Part shown: piece by piece, positions 62,601 to 64,000 of the stretch
Layout of the letters: every line of letters begins with the position of its first letter
Position numbering within the stretch: position 1 is the stretch's first letter
NCBI RefSeq assembly: GCF_028641065.1
Contig: NC_073402.1
Coordinates: forward strand, 15,314,001-15,378,000
DNA: 64,000 nt
Direction: 5' to 3'
DNA from: Leucoraja erinacea
Lineage: Eukaryota
Translations under genes and position numbers: made by a program
Notes under the pieces: model-generated
Database searches by the model: none
What the model was told of the DNA's origin: nothing
Seen by the model: only the letters and a program-made list of their open reading frames with translations

Positions 62601-64000
62601 ACACGCAAATTCAAGAATTCACTCACGGCCAACTTTTTTCATGTGACTTACTGCAATCCGAGTGGTGTTTATTATGCCTTGCTAATAAGAACTGCAATGA
62701 ACCATTGTGTTATTGGCAAATGAACTGATGTGGATTCTGGATGGCTGGCTGTGGAAAAACGCGTTTATTTAAAGATCAGGTCAATTAACTGATGGGCGGG
62801 GTGCAAAGAAGTCGGAGACAGGGATTTCATCAGCGAAGCAGAATTAATTATACCAGCTGACGAGTAACAGATTGGAATGATATCACAGGTTACCATCAAT
62901 CAAGGAATGGGTATCCAGTTTAAAATACAACTGAAAGGGTATTGAGTTGCGAAGTCTATTTTCTCCTAGTCTTCCAGAATACCAACTTGGCTGCCTTTTG
63001 AGTTGCAATATTGGTGTGTTTCATAAATTAATTTAGTGTTTGCACGTCAGCCACTCCACTTGAAAACTGCTCGAAAGGATGGTAACATTTTCATAAATAA
63101 TTACTCCCAGATGTCTAATCAAAATCTCCATCTCCCCATTTCCAAACAATTCTGTTGTGTTCTGCTGCCATTGATTTGCCCAAATGTAGTGGGATGATAT
63201 GGGACACGGCTGCTTTTCAGGTCACTCAGGAGGTTTACACACCAACCCATGCACGCTTGTGTGTAAGGTGTGTAATGTCCAGTATCACTTCTTGCGGGTG
63301 TCAGCGATGTAGAAAAACACATTCTGAGTGAATACCTAGTGATGGCAATTATTTCACTATTCATTCATCCAATTGAAAATGGTGTCTTGCAGGAGAGACA
63401 AGAAAAATATTCCGTCTTAAGTACCTTTATGACAAACTATTTGCTTGTATAACCTTGGTCAGGCTGTGGAGGAGAGGGTAGGGATTGGGGTTGGAGTTGG
63501 TGGTGGAGGGTTGCAAAATAACTGGCAGTCCAGTTCTATCTTTATTTAATATCCATACTCAGGGGTGCTTCAACCAGCGATCACCTACTCTGGACCAGCA
63601 GTATTAGAGCTAGCAGTATCTTTGGATGTGGTTCTGCAATTGTAACATCGTAAGGTGACCATGACAGAGAAGAACACATTCACCACAGTCTAGGGAACAA
63701 ACTAGAATTTTTCAGGTATGAATGGCTCAATATGATCTTAGTTTGAGTGGGCATGTAGCATGGTTGGGACCAGAATGGTGCTTGTCACGCATACATCTCG
63801 TTCTACCCATGGACTCAAAGGATGATGATATGTGATGGGAAGCATATTTAGCATCATTTTGTGCCCTATGGGTTGAGTTTTTAACTTTTTGAACATTTAC
63901 CTTTTAAACCATTCAGAAGTTTGTGTTACTCATTTGGCATCTTAAATGTGTTGCGATAGAAAGCATAACTTTAACACTATTGAATAAGTAACAGAAATGA

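Overview
Repeat-rich, AT-rich eukaryotic DNA in which I can support no host gene. The repeat spectrum (V-domain tRNA SINEs with CR1 tails, Deu-domain SINEs, young CR1, L2 and Rex1/Babar LINEs, Penelope remnants) points to a cartilaginous fish, probably a skate or ray; this is inference. Every long real ORF belongs to a retroelement: L2 (~25.6-28.2 kb), Rex1/Babar (34.6-39.1, 39.3-40.3, 44.4-45.5 kb), a CR1 nested in Rex1 (37.1-38.9 kb), and an RT-deleted DIRS1-type tyrosine-recombinase element with complete ITR/ICR architecture (50280-53174). The most striking observation is a ~148-nt SINE-like element on the minus strand (2001-2148, decayed copy at 9540-9661) whose first 54 nt fold, helix for helix, into a minimal HDV/CPEB3-like self-cleaving ribozyme. 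Also present: about 20 Penelope-derived short repeats with a minimal hammerhead-like core, often as TSD-flanked foldbacks; a canonical non-autonomous Helitron; a hAT-type MITE; Harbinger-like MITEs; and two assembly gaps. Family names come from recognised motifs, not database searches.
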